Translations under genes and position numbers: made by a program
Notes under the pieces: model-generated
The model's database searches: none
Told to the model about the DNA's origin: nothing
Seen by the model: the letters and a program-made list of their open reading frames with translations, nothing else
Shown here: piece by piece, positions 38,950-53,000 of the stretch
Layout of the letters: every line of letters starts with the position of its first letter
Position numbering within the stretch: position 1 is the first letter of the stretch
NCBI GenBank assembly: GCA_964409035.1
Contig: CAYPBQ010000004.1
Location: 7,687-71,686, forward strand
Length of the DNA stretch: 64,000 nucleotides
From: an uncultured Candidatus Saccharibacteria bacterium
Lineage (GTDB): Bacteria > Patescibacteriota > Minisyncoccia > Phycocordibacterales > UBA12088
Direction of reading: 5' to 3'

Positions 38950-39738
38950 ATGCATATGTTCTTTATTGCAACACGCAATCGAATACTGAGAGGGCTTGCA
39001 TCTTTGATTGTGACGGTACTTCTTTTTGGATTTTCTACTCACCTTGGTAGGGCTGCGGTAATGCAAAGCAGTAACTATAAAATTGAGCGCGACAGTATAA
39101 ACACTGGCGGAGCACTTGGTGAATCAGGAAGTTACTCAATGGAAGATTCTATGGGTGAAGTAGCGACTGGATATTCAGAAAGTGCAACATTCAAATTGCA
39201 CGCAGGATATCAACAGCTTCACGAGGCAACACTCTCATTATCTGGTATGACGAATGTACTACTCACACCAACACTACTACCAATTACTGGCGGTACTGCA
39301 AATGGAAGTACTACCGCAAATGTGTATTCAGATAGTTCAACTGGCTATGAGCTCAAAATAAAAGCTGAGTATGATCCAGCCATGCGCCAATCTGCAACAA
39401 GTAGTTTTGCTAACTATACACCAGCGGGTGTTGCTCCTGATTATGCATTTACCGTTGGTACGCAAGCGGCAGAGTTTGGATTCTCTGCGTATGGAGTAGA
39501 CATAGCAACTCGATACAAAAATAATGGATCTGTTTGCGGAGTTGGAAGTCTTGTTACTGATAGTACGTGTTGGGACCCAGTTACCACTTCTGATGTAGTT
39601 ATCGCACGTAGAACAAGCCAGACAGGTATAGCAGGTATAGCCACCAAAATAAACTTTAGGGCAGTAGTAGCACCAAACGCGAATCCTGCGGAGGGTACGT
39701 ACATAGCTACAACTACCGTAACGTTGGTTGCTATATAA
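38950..39738 (+). CDS. Secreted WxL-like protein, paralogue of 37252-37953
   Basis: Shared (I/L)TGGTANG, TGY.L.IKA, Cys pair and G(T)Y.ATTT.TL.A end. Confidence 0.6.
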   Translation: MHMFFIATRNRILRGLASLIVTVLLFGFSTHLGRAAVMQSSNYKIERDSINTGGALGESGSYSMEDSMGEVATGYSESATFKLHAGYQQLHEATLSLSGMTNVLLTPTLLPITGGTANGSTTANVYSDSSTGYELKIKAEYDPAMRQSATSSFANYTPAGVAPDYAFTVGTQAAEFGFSAYGVDIATRYKNNGSVCGVGSLVTDSTCWDPVTTSDVVIARRTSQTGIAGIATKINFRAVVAPNANPAEGTYIATTTVTLVAI

Positions 39739-39743
39739 AGACA

Positions 39744-41069
39744 ATGAAGAATGTTCTTTTACAATTTTTTCTTATCGTACTCATTATCTTCTTAGCTCCT
39801 CGCTATGCTGAGGGGCAAGGGAAAACCTTCGAAGTATCTTTTGAAGTAACTGATGGTATTGCATCTACTACTGTTATTTCTAATCCTCCACCAGGCGGCG
39901 GGCCACTTCCAGTACAGCCACAACCTATATTTATTGATATAGCGGTAGAGGCAACTACTGATTCTTCAGAAATATTCTGGAGCACAAATCCACACACAAG
40001 AGGAATAATCATGTGGGGTGCAACTCCAGACTTAGAGCTCGGATCAATCAGCGCTCCTCTATATAATAGAGAGCATACTACATTTATAGAGTCTCTTGTT
40101 GAGCAGAAAACCTACTACTTTCGGATTATTGCACAGGATGGCTTTGGAAATCTGATTGACTCTGGAGTTATCTCCTTTGTAACCAAGGGTAAGGATGACG
40201 TGCTATCGCCATCAAATCCTATTACCTTCACTGCAAAAGCAGAGGGTGTTGCGATTCGCCTTGATTGGCAAAATCCTTCCGATGAAGATTTTCGCTCGGT
40301 GCGAATTATTAGGAGTCCACTATTCTATCCCGCAGATATCGTAGATGGGGCGCTTGTATACGAAGGGTCTTTAGAGACATTCCTTGATACAGATGTGGTT
40401 ACTGACACCCGCTACTATTACACTTTGTTTGCAAAGGATGCTGCTGGTAATTACTCATCAGGAGTTGTTGCTGACGCGATCATCTTTGGAGATGGAGGTA
40501 TTGGAGAAGTACAAAAGCCATTTGAAAATCTTCCAAATGCGCCAATAGTACACCCACAGTTACAATCGATCACACTCTATGATCTTGAATATATTCAAAA
40601 GGGGATATTGCTTCCTGTCTCAAGTACCTCACCTCGAATATATATAGATGGAGGATATGACCTGTTAGTGAGGCTTGAGTACGGAAAAGTTCCTGAAGTG
40701 TTAAAGACTATTGCGATCACAATCACTGATCCGATTGAAAAAGACAAACACTTTTCTTTTCTTCTTCGAGTGAATAAGGATAAGTCGTACTATGAAGCAC
40801 GACTTTCACCACTTGAGAGGAAGGGGGTATACGAATTCCTTTTTGCAGTTCTTGATTACAAAAATCAAAACCTAAAAAAGCTGTACGGACAATTTATAGT
40901 TGATAAGGTTTCCTCGCTTATCACTGTCGTACGAACATCTCCCACACTTACTTACGCGCGTACTGCCCTCATGAGCTTCTTGATGCTCTTTATGATCTTC
41001 ATTATTGCCTGCCTAAGAAGAAGACAACAATTTACTGAGGAGTTACCACAATCATGCAATCGTTGCTAA
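39744..41069 (+). CDS. Secreted fibronectin type III-domain protein with C-terminal TM
   Basis: L..KTYYFRIIAQD..GN; LDWQNPSDEDF..VRI.R; YYYTLFAKDAAGNYS. Confidence 0.75.
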   Translation: MKNVLLQFFLIVLIIFLAPRYAEGQGKTFEVSFEVTDGIASTTVISNPPPGGGPLPVQPQPIFIDIAVEATTDSSEIFWSTNPHTRGIIMWGATPDLELGSISAPLYNREHTTFIESLVEQKTYYFRIIAQDGFGNLIDSGVISFVTKGKDDVLSPSNPITFTAKAEGVAIRLDWQNPSDEDFRSVRIIRSPLFYPADIVDGALVYEGSLETFLDTDVVTDTRYYYTLFAKDAAGNYSSGVVADAIIFGDGGIGEVQKPFENLPNAPIVHPQLQSITLYDLEYIQKGILLPVSSTSPRIYIDGGYDLLVRLEYGKVPEVLKTIAITITDPIEKDKHFSFLLRVNKDKSYYEARLSPLERKGVYEFLFAVLDYKNQNLKKLYGQFIVDKVSSLITVVRTSPTLTYARTALMSFLMLFMIFIIACLRRRQQFTEELPQSCNRC

Positions 41070-44000
41070 AAACAACCGCATATATAGTTAATTTCATACT
41101 GCTTTTTGAAGCGGTGGTTTTTCCATTTTCATACTCTACCGCACAGGCGCAAGTTGCATTTACTCGTCAAATCAATTACCAGGGTAAACTCACTGATACA
41201 GTGGGTGGAGTAGTTGCTGATGGTAATTACAATCTTCGTTTCAAATTGTATACATCTGCAACTGGTGGCTCGCCAATATGGACTGAAACATGGTGCTACT
41301 CACCAAATGCTGGAATAACTTGTAACGGTACTGGAGTAAACAACAGACCAGCGCTGGTTAATGGATTGTTTTCAGTAATGCTTGGCTCAACCACTGCTCT
41401 TACTAGTATTAACTTCAATCAACCACTCTACTTAGGTGTAGAGGTAGGTGGTACTGGTACTACTCCAACATGGGATGGAGAGATGTCACCACGAAAGCGA
41501 TTAGGCACTGTGCCATCTGCATTTGAAGCAGAAAATGCACAAACAGTAGGTGGTGTTGCATCTTCTTCATTGCTAAGGAGCAACACGAGTGACGCCTACA
41601 CCTCGGGTACACTCACTTTCGATTCAGGGACATCTCTTGTGGTAAATGGTAATGCGACCTTTGCGAGGGCAACTACCACTAATGCAACAACCACTCATTT
41701 ATATATAGGTACGGATGTGTGGCTAAATGGAGAACGTTTTACCGACCTTACGGGTACTGGACTTAAAAATACTGCTGGAGCACTACAGGTTGATGATACC
41801 GTCTTTCTATCTCTTTCAAATTGGTTTGCAACCACCACCGATGCGCTTGATGAGGGATCATCAAATCTTTACTTTACTAATGCAAGAGTGGCTGCGTATA
41901 TTAACGCATCATCAACTATTCCACATGTTGCGGGTGGAGCATTTGGTAACATACTACGTTGGAGTGGCTCTGCATGGCAGAGTGTTGCCACCTCAACACT
42001 AAGGATTGCAATAGGAGATACCACCGGAACTTTATCCGTTGCTCGAGGAGGTACCGGCGCCACTACGCTAACTGGCGTACTTAAGGGTAACGGTACGAGC
42101 GCCTTCACTGCTATGACAGGGACTGCAAATTACGTTACTCGTTGGACTGATGCAAATACGCTTGGTACAGGAGTGCTCTATGATAATGGGACAAATGTAG
42201 GAATTGGAACCACAACCCCAATTGATAAATTGTTTGTGTATGGCGGTGATGTGAGTGTTGGGAAGTCATCAAACACTTCTTTTACAGGAACGCGAATATA
42301 CACAGGCGGAGTTGAGCGAGCACAAGTACTTGCAAACATCGATTCTACCGATGGCGGTAAATTAGTCTTTTATACAAAGGCATCAGGCGGATCAATAACT
42401 GAAGCGGCACGCTTTGACCAAGCGGGGAGAATGTCTATTGGTGTGGGTGCTACTCCATCAGGGCGCCTTCATGTTGCTGGGTCAGGAAATGTGCTTTTCA
42501 TGAATTCGGGCAACACCGGTATTGGCACCACCTCCCCATACGCAAAACTTTCTGTGGCAGGACACGTAGTCGGTGCATACTTCACCGCTACCACTACATC
42601 TACAAGTACATTGCCACGCACCAATATCACCCGCCTCACACTAGGGGGTGACTATGTTACTGATATCACCGGCACTGGACTTTCAGTATCATCTGGCTCA
42701 CTCAATGTATCTGCGGTACCAGCATCAGCTCTCTCACTCACTCAGGGATACACCTATGTGGGCAATGCTTCAAATGTTGCTTCTGCTACGTCGACGTTGT
42801 TTATTTCAACAGCAAAGAATGTGGGAGTGGGGACGACGGTGCCTGCGGCAAAATTGCAGATACAAGGATCAGGGGGAATTGGTCAATCAGTGATGATTGA
42901 TAACAGAGAATTGAAGTTTAGAGGAGATGGAGACGCTCACTACTCTATCTTTGCAAATAGAATAGCAGGAACACTAACCATTGAAGAGACGAGCGCAAAT
43001 GGAGATGTTGGATACGCTGGTTCAGTAAGGCTTGCAATACAGAAGACAACTGGGTATGTAGGTATAGGTACAGATACCCCTTTATCAAAACTTGATGTAG
43101 TTGGTGGTTCTCTTGGAGTACGTTCCTCTACACTTACAAATGGTTCAATTTATATAAATCCAGGTGGATCAGATTATGCGGGGTACATAGATTTTTATAA
43201 GGCAGGACCAACAAGAATCGCATATCTTGGATACAAGGATGGTGGTAGTGGTAATTTGGGATTAAATCTCGAAAACTCCGCTAGCTTTAACATAAATGGT
43301 GGCAATGTTGGTATTGGTACCACTAGCCCTACCGCACTACTTCATGTTCGCAAGGATCAGAATGAGGGAACTAAATCAAGAGTGGTAAACCTTAGTAGTG
43401 GCACCAATGCGTTTTCACAATTTTCAGTTGATGCGCTAGGTGCTAGTCTCTACAACTATGCAATAGGTTCTGGATACACTACTGCAGGACGATACGTAGC
43501 AGCCTCTGGCGCACTTGATGCAGTTGGTGCTGGTGGGCTTAGTATTTCTGCATCTGATGGTTCGGGAGTAATCCGATTTTATACTGCGGGGGATAATGAG
43601 CGACTTCGCATTACTAGCACAGGTAATGTTGGGATTGGCACCACCTCCCCATACGCAAAACTTTCTGTTGCAGGACACGTCGTCGGTGCATACTTCACTG
43701 CTACCACCACCTCAACCTCAACTCTCCCACGCACGAACATAACAAGACTCACACTAGGGGGTGACTATGTTACTGATATCACCGGCACTGGACTTTCAGT
43801 ATCATCTGGCTCACTCAATGTATCTGCGGTACCAGCATCAGCTCTCTCACTCACTCAGGGATACACCTATGTGGGCAATGCTTCAAATGTTGCTTCTGCT
43901 ACGTCGACGTTGTTTATGTCGAGCGCAAGTAGAGTAGGTATCAAACAAACCTCACCTGGAACCACACTTGATGTTGGCGCAAGCACCTTAGATACTATTC

Positions 44001-47000
44001 GCTCGTATGGGGGATTTGTTGGGCACGCATCAGCAAATATAGATGGAACGGGTGCGGCGGCGTACTTCCCAAATGGGCTATATTCAAATGCTGCTACCTC
44101 ATGGATATATGGCAATGTATATTTTTCCGCAGGTGCGTCTGTAATTCAGAGTGATGGGGATGTGGGTATTGGAACTACCAATCCTACAGGTAGATTCAGT
44201 ATTGTGTCGGCTGACTCGCCGTATATGTTTACGGTCTCTGGAGCTTCAAAAGGAGTGAGATTTGAAGGTAACTCAACGGGAGTAATTCTTTCGGGTGTAG
44301 ACAACACGCTGGCATCTTCGTACCAACCACTTTATATGAATGGTAGTTACCTTGGATTTCAAAACAGTACTACCGAAGTAATGAGGATAACAGGAAATAA
44401 AGTAGGCATAGGAACAACAAATCCAAACTATAAACTCACAGTGTCTGCTGGTGATCAAGATGGTATAAGTGTTGTTTCGTCAGGAACAGCTCGAATGGAA
44501 TTTAATCCAGATGGAGGAGGTGCGGTGGTATTTAACAACGCAGATGCGAATGGGTTTTACTTTAATCAAAATGGCACAACAAGGGTTACCTTTGATGGGT
44601 CTGGTAAAGTAGGCATCGGGACAGCGGCGCCTGACACTATTTTACACATTAGCAGCGCAACCCCAGTTCTACGAATAGACGCTTCAAATAACAATGTTGA
44701 TTCAACACTGCAGTTTCTTGGTAGAGATTCAAACAGTGGTCAGACCTCAAAGGTTCAATTCGTACAGGGAGTTACCGAAACAGTAAGTGGTATTGGTGCG
44801 ACGTTAAACATACTCACCACAAAGGAGAGTTCGGGTGGTTCTACTTTCACCTCATCAATGTTTATAAATAAACTTGGCAATGTAGGTATAGCAACAACTG
44901 CGCCCGCATATAAGATGGATGTAAACGGATACATCAATACCTCAGGGATAACTGGTGGATATAAGATGCAAGGTAACACCGTCCTCTATGCTTCTACGAC
45001 CAACACCTCTCTTGCGGTAGGGGCATCGTCTGCTGCTGCATGGATGCGCGCCTCTTCTTCTCAAAAGTACTCGATAGCGATGGGGTATCAAGCGCTTGCC
45101 GCTACTCCAACCGGAAACCCAACCAAAAACACCGCACTTGGTTTCTATGCCTTAAGTGCAAACACCTCTGGAACTCAAAACACATCAATAGGCGCAAATA
45201 CACTTCAACAAAACACCACTGGATCATATAACACTGCAGCGGGCGTACTTTCTCAATACGCCAACACCACCGGATCATACAACACCAGCTATGGCTACGC
45301 ATCTTTGTTTAGTAATACTACAGGAACAGACAACACCGCATTAGGATTTCAATCTCTCTACTACAATACGTCAGGAGTACACAATACTGCTGTGGGTCAG
45401 AATACATTACTTTCAAATACTACCGGATCATATAACAGTGCGTTTGGTCTACAAGCACTCCAAAGCAATACATCAGGAATACACAATACATCGATTGGAC
45501 GCACTTCGATGTATTTAAATACAAGCGGCTCATACAATGCTGCCCTCGGAATGTACGCCCTCTACTACAACACCTCTGCAACTACAAGTACCGCAATTGG
45601 TTGGGGTGCGGGACAAGGATCGACAAATTACTCAAATACAGGAGGTACATATGTTGGATATGCTGCTGGCTATAATTTAGGAAATGCTTCCAACTACAAC
45701 ACGCTCATTGGCCTTCAAACGGGATTCGGCATTACCACAGGAGCGCGTAACACTGTAATCGGCAACAGTACTATTGCTGCTTCATACAATCAAATCACCA
45801 CTGGAAGCAACAACATTGCAATTGGTAATGATGTTGCAGTACCGAGTGCTACCGCATCCAATCAATTAGTAATTGGCAACCTTATCTATGGCACAGGACT
45901 TAGTGGGACAGGAAGCACTGTCTCAACCGGAAGTATTGGTATCGGTATTGTAAATCCGACCGGTAAACTGCAAGTTGTTGGTGATGAGGTGCGCGTGGGT
46001 GATAGCGGATCGGTGGATATTGCGACTGCAGACGGAGATTTATTTGTCGAAGATGATCTTGAGGTTGATGGTGAGATATATGCCTCAACAATTCTCTCTG
46101 GGGATACTAACCTTGTTCCAAATTGGCAATTTGAGAGTGATGGCGCCTGGCCCGACCCTGCTGATACAGTAGAGACAACTTTTATTGATGGAGAATCTAT
46201 AAAGGCGCATCGATCGGTAGAGAGTGGCACGGGTTGTTATGGGTGGGGGCATTCGCCTACATTCTTGGTCAATCCAACTAAAACATATGAATTTAGTGTC
46301 TGGATAAAATCTACCGAGAATGACATGAACAACTACTTTGGATTTTTTGCGTATGACGCAAGTGGTACGCAAATATCTACTTCACCATTTGATAATCCGT
46401 ATTTTAGAGGGGATGAAAATGATCCAAATGAATGGCATAGGTGGAGTGGATACATCATGCCATCATACAGCGACGATAACGCTAATGGTTTTCCTGACGC
46501 AGGAGACTCACCACAAACACGAGGAGTGGATTATTCATGGCCAAGTAACACAGTCTCTGCCAAGGTGCGCTTTGGATCGTGTTATGGCGATGGCTCTAAT
46601 ACAGGCCTATCCTACTTTGCATACCCACAGGTAAAAGAGATACAGCCTGACAAACGCTTTGTAGAGGGTGATCATACAATATACGGGGATCTTGTGGTGG
46701 GACAATCAGGCGCAACAAACAAGGTCGATATTGCAAGTGGGACACGATCAGCAACACACGCGAGCGGGTTACCACTATATGTAACTGGCGATATAGGTGC
46801 CGCATCAAGTGGTATTGAGTTTAGACATTCAAATGGTTCACAAGGCATTGGCTTTGGCTACAATACTATTTATGCTACGGGTAGTAACTCTTCACAAGAG
46901 CTAAACTTTACCACAAAGGGTACTTCCGGCATGCACTTTCAAATTGGAGGAAATACCAAAATGGCTATTAATGGCACGACTGGCAACGTAGGCATCGGCA

Positions 47001-50000
47001 CTACAACACCTGGAGTAAAACTGGATGTTGTCGGCTCGATTCGAGCTTATTCAAATGCGCTTAACAATGCCACTATCGATCAAACAAAGATTGCTTTTAT
47101 AAATACAACAAACACTGCAGCCTTTGATGTTGGATTACTTGGAGGAACATCAGATGCGATTGCCTATCTATACAATCGAGCAAATGCAGCAATGATATTT
47201 GGTACAAACAACTCCTCAAGAATGACAATAGATGGTAGTGGAAATGTTGGTATCGGCACAACAAATCCTGGGCAAAAATTGGAAGTTACCGGTAATACCA
47301 CCATTACCGGCACATTACGCGTTGGTGCCTCAACCGGAGGATCGGGGACTGCTGGAGATATTGTTGCTCGACGTTCAGCAACAACTGGGGCTTATTATTT
47401 TGGGGATTCAACGAGTAATTATCTTTACTTCGATGGTACTAATTACATATTTGGTCTCGGGGGATTGTATGTTAATACCAACGGCAATGTAGGTATTGGC
47501 AACACTTCCCCCTCTCAAAAACTTGATGTTGTTGGCAACATAAAATCAACTGGATACGGTATTTTCCCAACAGGCATAGCACCTGCGGTAACTGGTGCTC
47601 CTGATGGAAAGATATTCTCACCTTCTGGTGACTACCTCGGAGCTACTACTTGGGGTATCAATTATAACGAGGGAACTCCAGATTATATTGAGTTTAATAA
47701 TGCAAGCGGAGCAACATCGAGGATTGCTTTGGATGATGGTAGTGCGCATTTTGCCTTAAGTGGCGGCTCTGTCGGTATTGGAACGACGGCACCAGGAAGT
47801 AAATTGGTTGTTAGTGGCGGCAATGTAACTATTGCTCCTACAGGTTCTGAAATTGCTGCTGGCTATAATCCTTTGTATGTTAATGCGCCTGTAGCTTCAT
47901 CGGTAACAACCGATGAAGAGGTTTCTACGGCTGGTATCAACATAAGAGGCTACGGAGACAATGTGAATTTGCAACTTGGGGTTGGGGGTTCGGCTTTGAA
48001 TTATTCTGGTTGGATACAGGCATCGTATGATAATGGTGGAACTGGAGGAGTAGAGCCACTGTTATTGAATCCTGCCGGTGGCAACGTTGGTATTGGCACG
48101 ACAAGCCCAACAAAAAAACTATCAACCTATCATACTGGTTCACAAAACGGCATAGAGATTGCAGGATATGTTCCTACGCTCTACTTTAGAAATGTCGGGT
48201 ACACGGGTGATCACTACCACATCTCTGTTGCAGAAACTGGAACTAATAGCACTTTTGCAATTAAAAACGAAACAGACGGTACGTACCCATTTGCCATTGA
48301 TGGGGCCGGAAAGGTGGGTATCTTAAATAGCTCTCCTACATACTCACTTGATGTAAGTGGCACCGGAAGATTTACCGACGATCTTTATATGGAGAGTGGG
48401 CTAAAGAGAGAAAACAACTCTCTTGATGATACTGACAGCTCATTATACATGCAGTACTACTCTAGTGGGGGTGGGGTGGTTATCGGTGATAGTGGTGTAG
48501 ATCACGACCTTACTGTGTATGGTACCGGTACATTTAATGAATATATTTATCTTCCTGACTCCAACACGCGCCTTAGTGAAGGTGCGGGTAACGCGCTTAG
48601 AATGCAAACCAACTCTGGATATATTGATATTGGCGCACAAAACACCTCGTACGCACACATTTATACTGATAGACCTGCCTTTTATACTAACGCACCTGTT
48701 CGTGTGCAAGGCTCGTTAAGTGTTGGTTCAGCAACCTATGCGGGAACTGATGCGCCAACAAACGGGGCTATTATTGAGGGAAATGTTGGTATCGGTACAA
48801 CAAATCCTGCATCATTTAAACTACAGGTTGCTGGAAATGTGGGGCCAGAGACAGATGCTACCTATGACCTTGGCTCATCTGCAAAGCGATGGAATAACTT
48901 GTACCTTACCAATGCGCCAATTATTGGTGGATATCACGACCTTACCAACGACAATCTTCTTTCTAATGGAGATTTTGAGACAGGCACCTTTACGGGCTGG
49001 ACTGCCTCGGGCACAACTGGTGTTGTTTCTGCGGGTGCCTATGCAGGAAATTACTCCGCACAGTCAACAGGAAATCAAACAGTGCTCAGTGATGATTACA
49101 TACCAGTTGATCCAGATTACGACGTGCTTCAACTTGAGGGATGGTTTAAAGAAACTACTACTGGTTCGCCAACACCCGGCGTATTGTATTTTGGCTACAT
49201 TGCGTATGACGAGAGCAAGGTAGCGATTACCACTAGCCCATGCGGCACCTATTGTTACTTTGCAGCATCAGGATATAACATTCCTAATGATGGTGCGTGG
49301 CACAAGTTTTCAGCTACCACCAATGGCGAAGGCACCAGTTACCCAAACTTCCCAGTGGGTACGAAGTATGTACGTGTGCTCATGCTTATGAACTACGCTG
49401 CATCATCAAATGAGGTTACCCGCTTTGACCACGTTACCCTCAAGAGAGTTAACAATGGACCTCTCTTTGTTGGAAATAACTTCTCAACAACAAACCTAGC
49501 TGATCAAAATCAGGCTACAAAGCTCTACACTACCGCATCAAATAATTTTGTTATTGAGCCGCCATCCTCGGGTAAGGTTGGTATTGGTACTGCGTCTCCA
49601 CGGCAAAAATTAGAAGTCATTGGTATATCTCAAATTTCATATGCTGACGGCGGTAATGATTTCTTGACCATACAGCCTTATACAGATGGGTACACGTATT
49701 TTAATTCTCATGGAGATGGCGCTGGAGAAGGTGGATTTAGATTTAGAACCAATGATGGAGCTGCAGAGTCTATGGTAATTACACACAGTGGTTATGTAGG
49801 GATAGGGACCACCGGTCCAGGCAACCTCCTTAGTGTAAACCAGGCGGGTAATGCAACAGTGGGTACCGGCACCACTTATGGAATAGCGCTATACAACCAA
49901 GGTACGTTAAACGCAGGGCTTGGCTCTGATGCAAGTAGTGTGTTTTTGCAAAGCTGGGCAGGCAAGCCACTTCATATAAACAATCAAGGCAATAATACGA

Positions 50001-53000
50001 TCCTTAACTATGGAGGTGGGGGCGTGGCAATAGGTGCTCTTTCCTCGCCTAGCTATACTCTTGATGTAAGAGGAGACACGCGTACAAGCAGACTTCGTTT
50101 GTTGGGAGAAGGGACAGATAGCGGACAAAGCAATTGCTACTACTGTATGTATCAAGAGGGTGGTGCATGGAGTAGTCCGTATCCTGACCTGCGCATACAA
50201 TTTCACACCGGAATAAAAATGGAAGCGTACCACGCGTATGGTGGTATTAAGATGTACAACGGATACGATGGGTCTGGTAATCCTGCTGGCCTTGCCTTCT
50301 CAGTGGGAGACGGAGATCAAACGGTGCGCTCGTATCAAAACTTCTATGCACCTATTGTGTATGATCAAGATAATGCATCGTATTATCTTGATTCAAGTGC
50401 AAGTGGTACGAGCCTCAACACCGCCGGCGCGATATACGCAGGGGCAGATGTTATTGTGGGGAATCAAATTGTATTATCTCAAGCAAATGGTACTGACAAT
50501 GGCTCCCCAAGTATTACCCCATTTGCAACAGATGATTTTTCATACGATGGCGATTATTTAAGCCATTACGGCTTTGGTTTTTACAGCAATAGTGGTTCAG
50601 GGGGCACACACGCATACATGAACGGTTACTACGGCCTCGACTTTTTTACCTCAGGCACTAACAGAATGCGAATAAGATCTGACGGCAATATAGGCATCGG
50701 AACAGTCGCTCCTTCAGCAAAGCTCACTATAATTACGAGTAGTGACTCTGCTCCAAGTACTATTAGTGCCTACGACGCACGGCATATCTCGGTTGGTCCA
50801 AGTGTCTCAGATGCTATTGCTTTCTCAAAAACAACAGGAGGTAGTTCATACATCACTTCTCTTCGTCCGGGTGTTGCATGGGACCCTCTTGCAATACAAG
50901 CAAGTACATTCACCTTTAATCCAGGCGGAGGCACTTCTTCTTTTTACATTAATAGTTCCGGCAACATTGGTATTGGGACGACAGGTCAGCAAGAGAAGGT
51001 ACAGATTTTTAAGGATGGTACACCTGCTGAGGGTAACTTTGGTCTTTCTATACTCTCAGCTTCGGCAGATTCAGAGCTTGCACTCGGTGCCTCTGCTTCG
51101 GGGGACTACTCATACATTCAATCATTTTCAGATGGGGTAAGTTGGACAAACAGACCACTTATACTACAACCAAATGGTGGCGCGGTTACAATAGGAGCAG
51201 TAGCTAATCCACGAACAAATACTGTACTAGATGTAGCAGGAGGAATTGGAATGGGACGACTTGGTACGTTTGGTACATATAATTCTTCACAGATACAAGG
51301 TATATGGAGTATTTCTCCTGATTATTTGATTAGCACCGGTTCCAATAATGGAGGCAATGCATACGGCATGGCGTACAGCTACGATAGTAATGGTGTCGGT
51401 ATTTCCGGATATGGTCACCAGATAGTATTTGTCGGAAATGGTACACGATACGCAAGCATTGGTGTTGATTCCGGTCATGCATATTTCGCTGGCAACGTCG
51501 GCATAGGGACGACAGCGCCAGGGGTAAAATTGGATGTTGTAGGAAATATTGCCGTCTCTGGTTCAAATGGTAATAGCATTTATACATGGACAAACTCAGA
51601 CACTAACTGGAGAATGGGTATGTCTAATAGTCCTGGATTCACGAGAGCGCTCGCGACTACGCATACGTCCTATGTGACCTATTCAAATGGAGCTGGGCAG
51701 GGATTTGCGGTTGGGGTAAATGGAGGCAACTCCAGTTTTGAAGTTGCTGGTTCAGATCATACGGCATACTTCAGAGGTAATGTTGGTCTTGGGACGGCAG
51801 CGCCAGAATCTAAACTAGAGGTAAATGGCGGAGCGCTCACTATGCAACGAGACAACGTACTCCATTACAGAAACGTTGTGCACTATCGAGTTAATGCACC
51901 AGATCAGCCAGGCACCATGCAAATCGAGATGCCAAAATTGTGGTCGGACACCATGATAACAGTGACTATTAAGGGGTACGACTATGATGCAAGTGCGGTA
52001 GGGGCAGGAGCGTGGGAGGTGGTGGTAAGTGGCTACAATTATGGTGCTGGTCCTTACTGGGTTAACACGTCAGCAGAGATACGAGGTAACGCTCCATTTA
52101 CACAGGTGCGTCTTGCGCGCAATGGATCTAAAAACGTTATCCTCCTTGGTGATACATCAACAGACTGGGACTACCCACAGGTAGCGGTAACTGATGTTGT
52201 TGCTGGGTATTCATCACAGACAGGGTGGGGTAGCGGGTGGTCTATTTCGCTCCTTAGCTCTGAGGCAAGTATTTCAGTTGTTACCACACCAAACCTTAAT
52301 ATGGGTAGGTTTGCAGATGGTTCAGCGTCAGCACCTACCCTTAGCTTTTTCACTGATACCAATACTGGTATCTATCGCCCAGGTAGCGATATTATTGGCT
52401 TTACCACGGGTGGCACAGAGCGTTTACGTCTAGATGGTTCTGGAAATCTTACCTTCAGTGGGGCAAATCCAACCATACAATCTGGAGGATCATATTTTGT
52501 TATTCCAAACGGTGTTTATTTCTCAGGTGGTACATCTTATTTTCAGACTAATACCAATTTTAGAGCAAACATTCAAAATGATACTGCAGCCTACCTTACC
52601 ATTGCTGGTGGCACTAGTGGCAATACTTACTTCTCTGGCAACGTAGGTATTAATACCAGCGCACCTAGTGTCAAATTGCATGTAAATGCTGGAGCTGCAG
52701 AAGCAATACGCATACAAGGTACTGCGGCATATATGTCATTCTACGATACGGCAGGCAGCGACCGATTTGGCTATATTCAACACACAGGCTCTAACCTGGC
52801 ATTGGTAAACGAAGAAGCAGGAATACTTAGTTTCTATACTTCAAATACCGAACGTGCTCGTTTTGATAGTTCGGGTAATCTTATCTTTAATCGCGTAGGG
52901 ATAGGAGCGGTTGGATCGTATGATGCTACCAAGACGCAGGCAGTGTGGTCTATGGGATCATCGTATGTATTGCCTCCTGATGGCGGAACCACCTCATATG

